Below are positions 9,155-17,694 of a DNA stretch of 64,000 bases, in pieces. Under the pieces are notes generated by a model. The model was not told the DNA's origin. It worked only from the letters and a program-made list of their open reading frames with translations, and made no database searches. Positions within the stretch are counted from its first letter, which is position 1; every line of letters begins with the position of its first letter. The DNA is taken from positions 26,008 to 90,007 of the forward strand of contig CBFHGJ010000009.1 in the NCBI GenBank assembly GCA_965655315.1, given 5' to 3'. The position numbers were made by a program, and so were the translations under genes. This DNA comes from Bacteroidia bacterium (GTDB lineage: Bacteria; Bacteroidota; Bacteroidia; NS11-12g; UBA9320).

Positions 9155-10648
9155 GTGAAAAGATTTGCATTCGGCTTTATAATCCTTTTGTTGTTTGCTA
9201 TTGAATCTTCAGGACAACATCGCATTAAGCTTAATACAGGTACCTCTTTGTTTGTTGAGATAAATGAATTATCCGATGATTCTGTATGTTTTCGTTTTAT
9301 TAGACAAAAAGGATACAACTGCTTCGCCCGAAATGAAGTAGCTTATATTGAAGATCTGGGATTAGATGTCCACTTATTGAGCCAAAACTATAAACTAAGT
9401 AATCCATTCAAGTTTGAAAATCTCACTTTGGAGGATGAAATACAATTTAACTCCTATCTGAGGCACAATAAGTTAAACTATTATATGTTGCAGACTAAAG
9501 TACTAGAGATAGCTGCAGATAGCGTCCGTTTTCTAACTTTCATCGATGGTAAATACATTGAAAAAAAGATATCTAAAGATAGAATACTGTCTATACAGTA
9601 TTCGCAACGTTCTCGAAAATACTTGTTCCCGTCTGATAGCGTTGATTTAGATTTTGAGGATATTGTTTTCTTGCAAAATGGGGATCAACAAAGAATATAT
9701 GTCTATGAAGTAGGCTTCCAGGGAATTAAGTATGCTAAAGAATTATTACCGCACTACAGCACTAAACTTAAAGACGATAACTCAATAAAAACGATGAATC
9801 TTGCTGGATTAGAATTTCTGCATTACAACCAAATCGATAAATTGTATATAGCAAACGGTAGGATAATATTCCCTCCTAAATTAACAAAGAGCAGCAAAAG
9901 GGAAATATCTCGTTACCCTAGGCTTGTTTTGGGAGTAGAATACGGAGTTGGATCAATTAGGCAAGGTCTTATACAGTTCACTCAGATTGAAACTTTTGGG
10001 GGTGAAATTCAGGAAATTAGCCAAATAAGTACCTTGCCCCAAAGCTCTCAGTACTCTTTTGTAGCTGGGCTTCAATTATCTGACAATCAACGGGTAGAGA
10101 TGAAATATTCGAACTGGGACAGTCAAGAAATAGAGTTTAGTGATAACAGGTATTCAAATAACCCCATAGATTTTTCTGATTTCTATCTGACTAAGTATGG
10201 TACAAAAATGCAGTCCATACAGATTTCATATTACCGTGAATTATACAAGGGTATAATAGGTGGCATTGGTGTAAATAGTGTTTTATTTAACAACGATCTA
10301 CAAATCAAGAGAGCAAGGTATACTGGGACAAACTTTCACTCCGGTTTTTATAATTCTGCAGAGGTTTCGAATAAACCTCAACCTGGAATAGGAGCTAGTT
10401 TAGGATATGAATTAGATTTAGGAAGGTTGAACTTAAGATCACAATCTAGCTACAATGTGTATAGAGCAAATTTGAACCAATATTCTAATGAATCGTACCA
10501 ATACGTTTACCTAAATGATCAAGGAAAAAGAGTCTCTACGAATAGTGGAAGAAAAGTCCGCAATGAGATAGAACAGTATCGATTGGCGTTCATTTCAAAA
10601 GAAATAAGCAGACACATTCTGTCTTTCGAAGCAACACTGCTGTATTAG
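9155..10648 (+). CDS. hypothetical secreted protein (probable outer-membrane beta-barrel C-terminal half)
   Basis: 497 aa, signal peptide MKRFAFGFIILLLFAIESSGQ; Tyr/Gly/Ser/Asn-rich C-terminal half typical of barrels; starts 3 nt after prfB stop. Confidence 0.55.
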   Translation: MKRFAFGFIILLLFAIESSGQHRIKLNTGTSLFVEINELSDDSVCFRFIRQKGYNCFARNEVAYIEDLGLDVHLLSQNYKLSNPFKFENLTLEDEIQFNSYLRHNKLNYYMLQTKVLEIAADSVRFLTFIDGKYIEKKISKDRILSIQYSQRSRKYLFPSDSVDLDFEDIVFLQNGDQQRIYVYEVGFQGIKYAKELLPHYSTKLKDDNSIKTMNLAGLEFLHYNQIDKLYIANGRIIFPPKLTKSSKREISRYPRLVLGVEYGVGSIRQGLIQFTQIETFGGEIQEISQISTLPQSSQYSFVAGLQLSDNQRVEMKYSNWDSQEIEFSDNRYSNNPIDFSDFYLTKYGTKMQSIQISYYRELYKGIIGGIGVNSVLFNNDLQIKRARYTGTNFHSGFYNSAEVSNKPQPGIGASLGYELDLGRLNLRSQSSYNVYRANLNQYSNESYQYVYLNDQGKRVSTNSGRKVRNEIEQYRLAFISKEISRHILSFEATLLY

Positions 10649-10661
10649 TAAGTCTAGTTAA

Positions 10662-11657
10662 CTACTTTACAATCTCCATGAGTTGATCTAACTTAGGCGT
10701 TAGGATAATCTCTATACGTCTATTCTGTGCTCTAGCTTCTTTTGTTTTAGCATCATTTATAGGTACGTATTTACTTCTGCCACTAGGTATAATCTTAATT
10801 GGATCCATTTTTCCTTCGGTGGTTAAGTATCTAACGACTGATGTAGCTCGCAGTACACTCAAATCCCAGTTATCTTGAATAGTAGTAGATTTCATTGGAA
10901 CGTCATCAGTATGCCCTTCTACCATAATATCAAAATCTTCGATGTCTTTAAGGCTCTCAGCCACCTTAAGAAGAGCATTTTTACCTTTCCAATCGATATC
11001 TGTTTTACCACTTTGGAACAAAAGGTTATTGTCTAAGGATACATATATCCTACCATCTTTTTCAACTACTGAAATTCCGCTGTTCTTGTAACCAATCAAA
11101 GATTCAGTAAGTTTATTCTTCAAATCACTGACTGCCTTTTCTTGAGCTGCGAGTTTTGATTTCAGTTCATTTACGGTTTTTTCACGTTCACGCAGTGATA
11201 TTTCTAAAGCATCAAGTTCTTTCTTTAGTTTATTAGTCTCATTCTCTTTTTCTATCAGGGTAGACTCTTTAGCAAATAGCTCACGTTTCTTCTCATCTAG
11301 TTTCTTATCTAACCTTTCAAGTTCATATCTCAGATCCTTTTTTGTGTTTTCATTACTGTTTAACAAGTTTTCATAGTTCTCATTCAGAATTTTGTACGAA
11401 CGTTCTACCTTGTCAAATTCAGCTTTTTGATCAGCACATTCCCTTTCTGCTTGTTCGTATTCTGCAGCAAGGTTTTTGTACCTAGTATTTAGATCTTCTA
11501 GTTCGCTATCACTAAATGACTTTAATCTCTCCATTTCTTGGTACTTACTGGCTAGGTCATCGTATTTAACCTGTAAATCTTCAAGTTTTTTTGCTGGTAC
11601 ACAGCCTACTATCACACTGATCAGAAGGACAGTTATGAGTTTATATTCTTTATTCAT
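10662..11657 (-). CDS. OmpA-family lipoprotein with long N-terminal coiled-coil
   Basis: 331 aa; lipoprotein signal (LISVIVGCVPAKK); 150-aa heptad-rich coiled coil; C-terminal OmpA/MotB peptidoglycan-binding domain (…TDDVPM…LSVLRATSVVRYL…NRRIEIIL). Confidence 0.8.
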   Translation of the reverse strand: MNKEYKLITVLLISVIVGCVPAKKLEDLQVKYDDLASKYQEMERLKSFSDSELEDLNTRYKNLAAEYEQAERECADQKAEFDKVERSYKILNENYENLLNSNENTKKDLRYELERLDKKLDEKKRELFAKESTLIEKENETNKLKKELDALEISLREREKTVNELKSKLAAQEKAVSDLKNKLTESLIGYKNSGISVVEKDGRIYVSLDNNLLFQSGKTDIDWKGKNALLKVAESLKDIEDFDIMVEGHTDDVPMKSTTIQDNWDLSVLRATSVVRYLTTEGKMDPIKIIPSGRSKYVPINDAKTKEARAQNRRIEIILTPKLDQLMEIVK

Positions 11658-11734
11658 CTTGATGTTCTATTTCTAATCATCAAAATTACAACTTGGTCTG
11701 ATGCAGAATATTCACATATACACAGCGTGAAGGA

Positions 11735-11756
11735 ATGTCTATTTATTATTAGACAT
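11735..11756. promoter_or_regulatory. palindrome ATGTCTA-N8-TAGACAT between two minus-strand genes (possible operator or terminator stem)
   Basis: Perfect 7-bp inverted repeat read directly from sequence. Confidence 0.3.
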
Positions 11757-11789
11757 GTTGTTGGTTAGTAAGGGTTTAAAAGTGAAGCT

Positions 11790-12314
11790 CTATAGATTTT
11801 TCTTTGTTAGATTCTTAATCGTCTTTGCACCTCTATTTTTAAAGCCAGCACTACCTTCGTGTAACTGAGCAGACAAGCTCTCAATCAATTCAGGAATAAG
11901 GTCAATGTATTTCTTGGCTATTCTTTCACAGACAGTCATGCTAAACACTCTAATTGCTATGGCTTCCTTTGGGTTATTAATTGTTTTTAAGCAATAGTCA
12001 TAGAGTATACCTTCTATTTCCTCAGGAATTGTGGCAGTCTGATAGATTCTTACAATATTTCTTCTTACTGAATTGTGCACAGATGAATCAGCTAATTTTT
12101 CTAATAGTTGATTATGATACGGTTCAATCAGGCTTTGGTGTTTTTCAGCTATATGACCCACTGCCCAACTGGTAAGTTGAGATACTCGCACGTTACCATT
12201 CAGAAAGAGATCCATAAGTTGCTTAAACCGAGCAGAGTCACCATTTATATACTGGATAATATCGTCTATAGAGTTCTTATTTATAGGCAGCTTGCTTATC
12301 CCTTGTAACACCAT
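11790..12314 (-). CDS. hypothetical alpha-helical (HEAT-like) protein, possibly DNA-alkylation-repair-enzyme-like
   Basis: 174 aa, all-helical repeat-like composition; weak resemblance to AlkD-type HEAT repeat proteins; no catalytic motif identified. Confidence 0.4.
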   Translation of the reverse strand: MVLQGISKLPINKNSIDDIIQYINGDSARFKQLMDLFLNGNVRVSQLTSWAVGHIAEKHQSLIEPYHNQLLEKLADSSVHNSVRRNIVRIYQTATIPEEIEGILYDYCLKTINNPKEAIAIRVFSMTVCERIAKKYIDLIPELIESLSAQLHEGSAGFKNRGAKTIKNLTKKNL

Positions 12315-12341
12315 TTAAACGATTAAAAGTAAGTATCTAAG

Positions 12342-13433
12342 CTACTCTTGTTCAACGTCTACAATTAGTTTTTCTTCTAAAGTATGCCTACGAATAGCTA
12401 AATCAATCAGTCTAGAAATCAAATCAGAATAGGGGATTCCTGTTGCTTCCCAGAGCTTGGGGTACATGCTTATATCGGTAAATCCTGGTAATGTGTTGAC
12501 CTCATTTACAAGTATGTCGCCACTCTCGGTAAGAAATACATCTACTCGAGCCATCCCTTCGCATTCAAGCAACTTATATGCGGTAACCGCTACTTTCCTT
12601 ATCCTTTCTTGCTCGTTATCCGTAATCTCTGCAGGTATAACCGTCTTAGATCCAGTAGCATCCTTGTATTTAGCGTCATAACTGTAAAAAGTATGCTGTT
12701 CTCCTATAGTTACTACCTCACCTACAAAAGAAGCCTTTGGGTTCTCATTTCCTAGAACAGCACATTCAATCTCTCGTCCTACAATGTTTTCTTCTATCAG
12801 TATTTTTTTGTCGTATCTAAAAGCTAACTCTATTGCATTATAAAACTCCCTCTTTGTTGTCACTTTGCTTATTCCTACAGACGACCCAAGATTTGGAGGT
12901 TTGATATACATAGGAGTTCCTAAATAGGTCAAAGCTTTCTCATAAGTTATTTGATCTTTTTCGTCATAATGATAACTAAGAAATAAACTACTTGAGATAT
13001 TAGAATCTCGCAATACCTTTTTGGCTATATCTTTATCTATACATAGAGAACTGCCTAATATAGAAGGCCCTACAAATGCTATGCTTAAGCTTTTTAGAAG
13101 TCCCTGAAGGCTACCATCTTCACCGCCTGTACCATGAATGATAGGAAAGATTACATCTATATGAATAGGTTCGAGAGTAGATTTCAAAAGGAATTTATCT
13201 TCTCCGCCACCCGGAAAAATCACTACTTCCGAATCAGCTTTCTCTACGACAGTTTCTTGTGAAAAATCCTTTTGTGATTTTAAGTGCCATCCTCCTTGTT
13301 TATCTACTCCAAGTAAAACAACCTCAAAACGAGTTTTATCAATAGCTTGAGCAATATTTCTGGCAGAACGAATGGATACTTCATGCTCGGTAGACCGACC
13401 TCCATATACTATTGCTATTTTTTGTCTATTCAT
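12342..13433 (-). CDS. ddl: D-alanine--D-alanine ligase
   Basis: 363 aa; N-terminus KIAIVYGGRSTEHEVSIRSARNIAQAI and ATP-grasp body typical of Ddl. Confidence 0.9.
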   Translation of the reverse strand: MNRQKIAIVYGGRSTEHEVSIRSARNIAQAIDKTRFEVVLLGVDKQGGWHLKSQKDFSQETVVEKADSEVVIFPGGGEDKFLLKSTLEPIHIDVIFPIIHGTGGEDGSLQGLLKSLSIAFVGPSILGSSLCIDKDIAKKVLRDSNISSSLFLSYHYDEKDQITYEKALTYLGTPMYIKPPNLGSSVGISKVTTKREFYNAIELAFRYDKKILIEENIVGREIECAVLGNENPKASFVGEVVTIGEQHTFYSYDAKYKDATGSKTVIPAEITDNEQERIRKVAVTAYKLLECEGMARVDVFLTESGDILVNEVNTLPGFTDISMYPKLWEATGIPYSDLISRLIDLAIRRHTLEEKLIVDVEQE

Positions 13434-13467
13434 TCTTTTACTATTTTTAAAACGCCTTCGTATTCAG

Positions 13468-14529
13468 TTACTTAAACCTATTGTAAAACGCTGATGTATC
13501 TGACCCGTAGAGCCAATTTAATACATTTCTTTCCCAAATCTCTTGATGTTGTTGTTCATTTATAAGCTTTTGCTCTAGAGCCAGATCGAGTAGCTTTCCT
13601 GGATAACTACTTTGTGCATCACTTTCCATTTCGCCAAGAGGATACGGGTCATCAAGTCCCATCAAAATTTGATCGGTGCTTCCTTGCCTTTTGAGCATAA
13701 CCTCAAAGGATATTGTGTCATGGACTAAAGTGTCGAAGTATATATTGGGGTGACCTACAGCTTTCCTTGGTCGTGTTTTTCCTTCAAAAAGGTCAGGTCT
13801 ACCATCAAAACCCTGAACCCGCCTGCCAATGTTTATGTGATTAAGCTGTCCACCGTGAGCAAAACAAGTCCTTATATTAGGATATTTCTCATAGTATCCA
13901 TTTAAGGTGTAGAAATGATAAGAGTCTGCACATTGGGCAAGCATCCATATCAAATGAAATCTCCAAGCTGTGTTTTCTAGTTTAATAAATTTTTCGCCAT
14001 CGTACGGATGGACTTCTATTGCCAAGTTGTACTTATTGGCTAATTCTAGAATAGGCTCCGTATCAGCGTTGAAGATGCCTTTCCAGTTACCAGCGGTGTC
14101 AAGATAGTGAGTAGGTAAACAAAGCACCTTAAGGCCTAGCTTTTCTACACATCTCTCTATCTCCCAAAGAGCTCCGTCTACAAATCCCGCATGAACTACA
14201 AATCCAGTTGTAAATTTTTGATTGTAAGTTGCTTGCACCTCTGCATTAAAGTCATTTTGAAATCGAAGAGCTTGCTTCATATCACTATGAGTTAAGCCAT
14301 TTCCATAGAGCTGAGATAGGTTTAAGACTACGGCATGGTCGATATTGTTTTGACTCATCCATTCCAACTTTTCATTTAGAAAAAAGCTTTCTGCTGTAAT
14401 TGGTCTTTGCCAATTTTTTTGACGCATAAACTTACGATCACTATCTATCCAAAAGATCTCCTTGTCTTTCATAAACTTTGGAATCTGCTCTGGATATGGG
14501 AGTAAGTGTGAATGTCCGTTAATTTTCAT
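13468..14529 (-). CDS. amidohydrolase-2 family metal-dependent hydrolase (ACMSD/TIM-barrel type)
   Basis: 353 aa; MKINGHSHLLP... N-terminal His pair and ...HPYDGE.., FAHGGQ motifs consistent with amidohydrolase_2. Confidence 0.6.
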   Translation of the reverse strand: MKINGHSHLLPYPEQIPKFMKDKEIFWIDSDRKFMRQKNWQRPITAESFFLNEKLEWMSQNNIDHAVVLNLSQLYGNGLTHSDMKQALRFQNDFNAEVQATYNQKFTTGFVVHAGFVDGALWEIERCVEKLGLKVLCLPTHYLDTAGNWKGIFNADTEPILELANKYNLAIEVHPYDGEKFIKLENTAWRFHLIWMLAQCADSYHFYTLNGYYEKYPNIRTCFAHGGQLNHINIGRRVQGFDGRPDLFEGKTRPRKAVGHPNIYFDTLVHDTISFEVMLKRQGSTDQILMGLDDPYPLGEMESDAQSSYPGKLLDLALEQKLINEQQHQEIWERNVLNWLYGSDTSAFYNRFK

Positions 14530-14891
14530 GCTAGTCGTCTATTTAAACGAAAATACAACAGAGTAGTGCATCGAATTTGCGATGTACTTAAAATGTGGGT
14601 TAATCAGGCCTTACTGACTGAAATATCTTTGAGTAGCTTTCTTCCCTTCTTTATACAGGAGTTCTTGTTCTTCTTGAGATAGACTAAAATTAGTGATGGC
14701 AATGCCTTTACTATTAATTATTACCGTAGTTTTTTCCTTTTCTTCTGATTTAAAAAAGTCTACGTCTAGGGAGAAGTGTTGGCTACTAATCAGTTTGGAG
14801 ACATTATGTCGGCAATTGATGGCAACATATTTATGCCCTTATATCAGAAGCAAGGTATGGATGGATTCTTCATTATCAAACCAGTGGAACC

Positions 14892-16001
14892 TTAAGCCAT
14901 CTGCTTTCTTCTTTCTGTTTCTTTTGCCATGACATTGGAGATAGACTTAAATTCCTGGCGAATAATGGTCCATCGTTCCGGATACTTCTCTAAAAGATCA
15001 AATACCTTCTTTGATTGCCTGTTTAATGCATCTGTAATGCTGGCATTAGAAACCGCTGGTATACAGTGACTTCCGATATGTTTACCTATCACAGATAATC
15101 CTTTATCGTGAACTAACTTGGCTGCAGTTTCGTAACGGTCAAGCAGCTTGTAGGTTTTAGCAAGTCTACCAAGTGTTAGACTTTCGTCTTTTGCATTGAT
15201 TCTGCGTTGCTTTTTTAACTCTAGGTTGTTCAAGTGGGCAGGAGAGAGGAATATCTCCGTTTCCCCACTAGATAAAGCTAAATTAAGCTCTACTTGCATG
15301 TGCCTTTCTAGATTATTCTCTAGACTTTCAAAGGATCCTTGGTGGTTTTTTAATGCTGAAATAAAAGCAGGAGTTAGGCGAATCGATATTGAATACTTTT
15401 TTTCTAACTTGTTCACAATCAGTTGTATGAACTGTGTGATAGCTATCTCGTAGTTTCTTCCCTGTTTTTGAAGTAGGGCTCGGTTTTGTTCTAATTCATT
15501 CTCAGCGTTAACCTTCGTCTTGGCTATAGATGATATAATAGCTCTGTCTTCTTGTGTGAGTTGGACTAGTTTATTGACGACACCTCGTATATTTATTTCA
15601 AACTGTTTCTTTTGGTCAGCTAGGAGATAGGTGTTTTTGTTTGGACCGAAAGGTCGCAGCTGTACAAGTAAGTGCATAGATCCGGCGTCAGTTGCAATGT
15701 TTTTAACAAAAAGATAGTCTTTCTTAAGCTCCATCTCTAGTGAAGTCTGACCAATTGCCTTACCAGAATCGAATGGAGTATCACTTATAGCATACCATCC
15801 ATTATTTCCCTTCTCTATAAAATGAGCTAGTGTTTTAGGGTATTTCTCCTCGTATTCCCCATTGTTTATCTGTATTTGTATAGCTCCGTTATTGTATTGG
15901 AGTATGCCATACACAGATTGAGAATAGGGTATAGCTTCCTTGATGAAATTTACTGCTAGCTGTTGTATCGGTATGTTGCTGCTTAATAACAAGCTACACA
16001 A
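14892..16001 (-). CDS. hypothetical protein (putative sensor/regulator-like: N-terminal alpha/beta domain, central coiled coil, C-terminal helix-turn-helix-like segment)
   Basis: 369-aa ORF ending TAA; no recognisable catalytic motif; divergent from 16178-16588 across an AT-rich repeat-bearing region; the domain guess is inference only. Confidence 0.45.
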   Translation of the reverse strand: MCSLLLSSNIPIQQLAVNFIKEAIPYSQSVYGILQYNNGAIQIQINNGEYEEKYPKTLAHFIEKGNNGWYAISDTPFDSGKAIGQTSLEMELKKDYLFVKNIATDAGSMHLLVQLRPFGPNKNTYLLADQKKQFEINIRGVVNKLVQLTQEDRAIISSIAKTKVNAENELEQNRALLQKQGRNYEIAITQFIQLIVNKLEKKYSISIRLTPAFISALKNHQGSFESLENNLERHMQVELNLALSSGETEIFLSPAHLNNLELKKQRRINAKDESLTLGRLAKTYKLLDRYETAAKLVHDKGLSVIGKHIGSHCIPAVSNASITDALNRQSKKVFDLLEKYPERWTIIRQEFKSISNVMAKETERRKQMA

Positions 16002-16019
16002 AAATACATTATTAAGTAA

Positions 16020-16085
16020 TAAGTTAAGTTATATTAAGTTATATGCTTAGCTTAATTTAAGTTAAATAAAGATATATTAAGCCTC
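16020..16085. promoter_or_regulatory. AT-rich divergent intergenic region with three direct repeats of TTAAGTTA(W)AT
   Basis: aagTTAAGTTATAttaagTTAAGTTATATgcttagcttaattTAAGTTAAATaaag read directly; lies between divergent orphan genes. Confidence 0.35.
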
Positions 16086-16177
16086 CCAAATAATACTTAA
16101 TTAACTTTATTTCAATTGTTTATGGTAATAATATTGCCAAAGAATTAATCGTTAATAAAGCAAAATAATTAAGTATT

Positions 16178-16588
16178 ATGGTAAGTGTAAGAAATGTAGA
16201 GGCGTACTTAATGTACGAGGTAGTAGTGTTAGTAGAAGTATTGATAGACCGGGTTTTGGGTCGAATGAAAAATCCATATCAATTGGAGCAACAATGGGAT
16301 CAGGTAAAAAGAGCGTTCCATCTTTTTATGTTAGATCTAGAAGCTGATGATTTCAAACAGATGTATTTGTTCAAGGACTTGAAGCTACCCAGTGAACGTA
16401 AGACAAAAAGAGCAAAACCATCTAATAAAAAGTCTAAGGCTAAAAGACCTAAAGTAGGAAAGCAGCTTCAGTTGTTTTTTGGAAAGATAGTAGCTGTTTC
16501 TAGTTTAATAATTATAGAGATGAAAAAGGGTAGCACTGAGTTTTCTTTTAGATTTAATAAGAAGACTGGTGACTGGATACGAGTTTAA
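16178..16588 (+). CDS. hypothetical lysine/arginine-rich small protein
   Basis: 136-aa ORF (GTG/ATG start ambiguity; possible start at MKNPYQLE), basic tract KRAKPSNKKSKAKRPKVGK; followed directly by a bidirectional terminator, supporting a real transcript. Confidence 0.4.
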   Translation: MVSVRNVEAYLMYEVVVLVEVLIDRVLGRMKNPYQLEQQWDQVKRAFHLFMLDLEADDFKQMYLFKDLKLPSERKTKRAKPSNKKSKAKRPKVGKQLQLFFGKIVAVSSLIIIEMKKGSTEFSFRFNKKTGDWIRV

Positions 16589-16590
16589 CT

Positions 16591-16627
16591 AAAAAATCCC
16601 TCCCGCAATACGGGAAGGATTCCTTTT
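16591..16627. terminator. bidirectional rho-independent terminator (A-run / hairpin TCCCTCCCG-caata-CGGGAAGGA / T-run)
   Basis: Hairpin flanked by A6 upstream and T-run downstream; sits between + strand ORF and 3' end of the minus-strand tRNA. Confidence 0.75.
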
Positions 16628-16628
16628 G

Positions 16629-16702
16629 TGACCTCGTCAGGATTCAAACCTGAGACCTCTTGAGCCGTAATCAAGTGCTCTATTCAGCTGAGCTACGAGG
16701 CC
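16629..16702 (-). tRNA. tRNA-Arg (anticodon ACG)
   Basis: Reverse complement GGCCTCGTAGCTCAGCTGAATAGAGCACTTGATTACGGCTCAAGAGGTCTCAGGTTTGAATCCTGACGAGGTCA folds as cloverleaf; anticodon stem CTTGA/TCAAG, loop TTACGGC. Confidence 0.9.
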
Positions 16703-16778
16703 AGTTACCCTTTCGGGGCTGCAAATATAGTATCCTGTATTATTCTACAAGACAAAAAATTATATTCGTGGCTTCATT

Positions 16779-17669
16779 TTGAAACTATTAAAATTTGCTT
16801 CTATCGACGTAGGCTCAAATGCCGTTAGGTTACTGTTTACCAACGTATTTGAAACACCTAAAGGTCCAGTTTTTAGAAAGCTTTCTCTAGTACGTGTACC
16901 TATACGATTAGGGGAGGATGCGTTCATTCACGGGCGTATTAGTGAAGAAAAAACAGATCAGTTGGTAAGGACCATGCGTTCCTTCAAACACCTAATGAAC
17001 GTGCATCAGGTATTGGACTACAAAGCTTATGCTACTAGTGCTATGAGGGAAGCTACTAATGCAAAGTATATCATTTCCGAAATTAAGCATTATGCTGATT
17101 TAGATTTACAAATAGTGAGTGGGGATAAAGAGGCGGATACAATATCTCTAGAAAATCTACCTGATTATATTCCTCGGTTTGAAGATGTAGTGTTTGTAGA
17201 CGTAGGGGGTGGGAGTACAGAGCTGACTTATCTAAAAGGAAGTAATAAAGCAGCTGCTAAATCGTTGAAAATAGGCACGATACGTCTACTGCATAATACG
17301 GTTGACGATTTACTCTGGGAAGAAATGAAATCTTGGTTTAAAGAGTTGAATATATCAGGTAAAAAAATACCGATCATTGGTACAGGAGGAAATATCAATA
17401 AAATGCTAAAAATGCTTCGAAAGGAGCAAGAGGACTATTTCATATCTTCTTCTGATTTGTCTACCTTAAAAGAGGAACTAAAGTCGGTAGACTATGAAGA
17501 AAGGATAGCCAGATATGTACTTAATCCTGATCGTGCGGATGTGATAGTTCCAGCCGCTCATATATTTGAAACGGTAGCATCTTACCTAGGAAGTGAACGC
17601 ATCTATATTCCTAAAATAGGATTGTCAGACGGTATTGCTAGATCATTATACAAGAAGTATGGGAGGTAG
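16779..17669 (+). CDS. ppx: Ppx/GppA-family exopolyphosphatase / guanosine pentaphosphate phosphohydrolase
   Basis: 296 aa; N-terminal ASIDVGSNAVRLL (actin-like ATPase fold phosphate-1 motif) and Ppx/GppA-type layout. Confidence 0.8.
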   Translation: MKLLKFASIDVGSNAVRLLFTNVFETPKGPVFRKLSLVRVPIRLGEDAFIHGRISEEKTDQLVRTMRSFKHLMNVHQVLDYKAYATSAMREATNAKYIISEIKHYADLDLQIVSGDKEADTISLENLPDYIPRFEDVVFVDVGGGSTELTYLKGSNKAAAKSLKIGTIRLLHNTVDDLLWEEMKSWFKELNISGKKIPIIGTGGNINKMLKMLRKEQEDYFISSSDLSTLKEELKSVDYEERIARYVLNPDRADVIVPAAHIFETVASYLGSERIYIPKIGLSDGIARSLYKKYGR

Positions 17670-17694
17670 GATTTAGCGTTTAATTGCTATTTGT

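Noticed and set aside
8033-9318. Minus-strand ORFs inside prfB (8033-8359, 8115-8366, 8841-9095, 9055-9318). Similar antisense ORFs occur inside the TPR, M16, OmpA/TolB and other large genes.
   Set aside because: They are antisense to strongly supported genes. No signal, motif or independent support. Typical shadow ORFs in AT-rich DNA.
14614-14838. 75-codon start-less open frame on the minus strand between the amidohydrolase gene and the 369-aa orphan gene
   Set aside because: No ATG/GTG/TTG in frame and no recognisable motif. It may be another gene relic, but the evidence is too thin to call.
14693-14932. Plus-strand 79-aa ORF in the same intergenic region
   Set aside because: It overlaps the end of the 369-aa gene, has low-complexity hydrophobic composition, and has no support.
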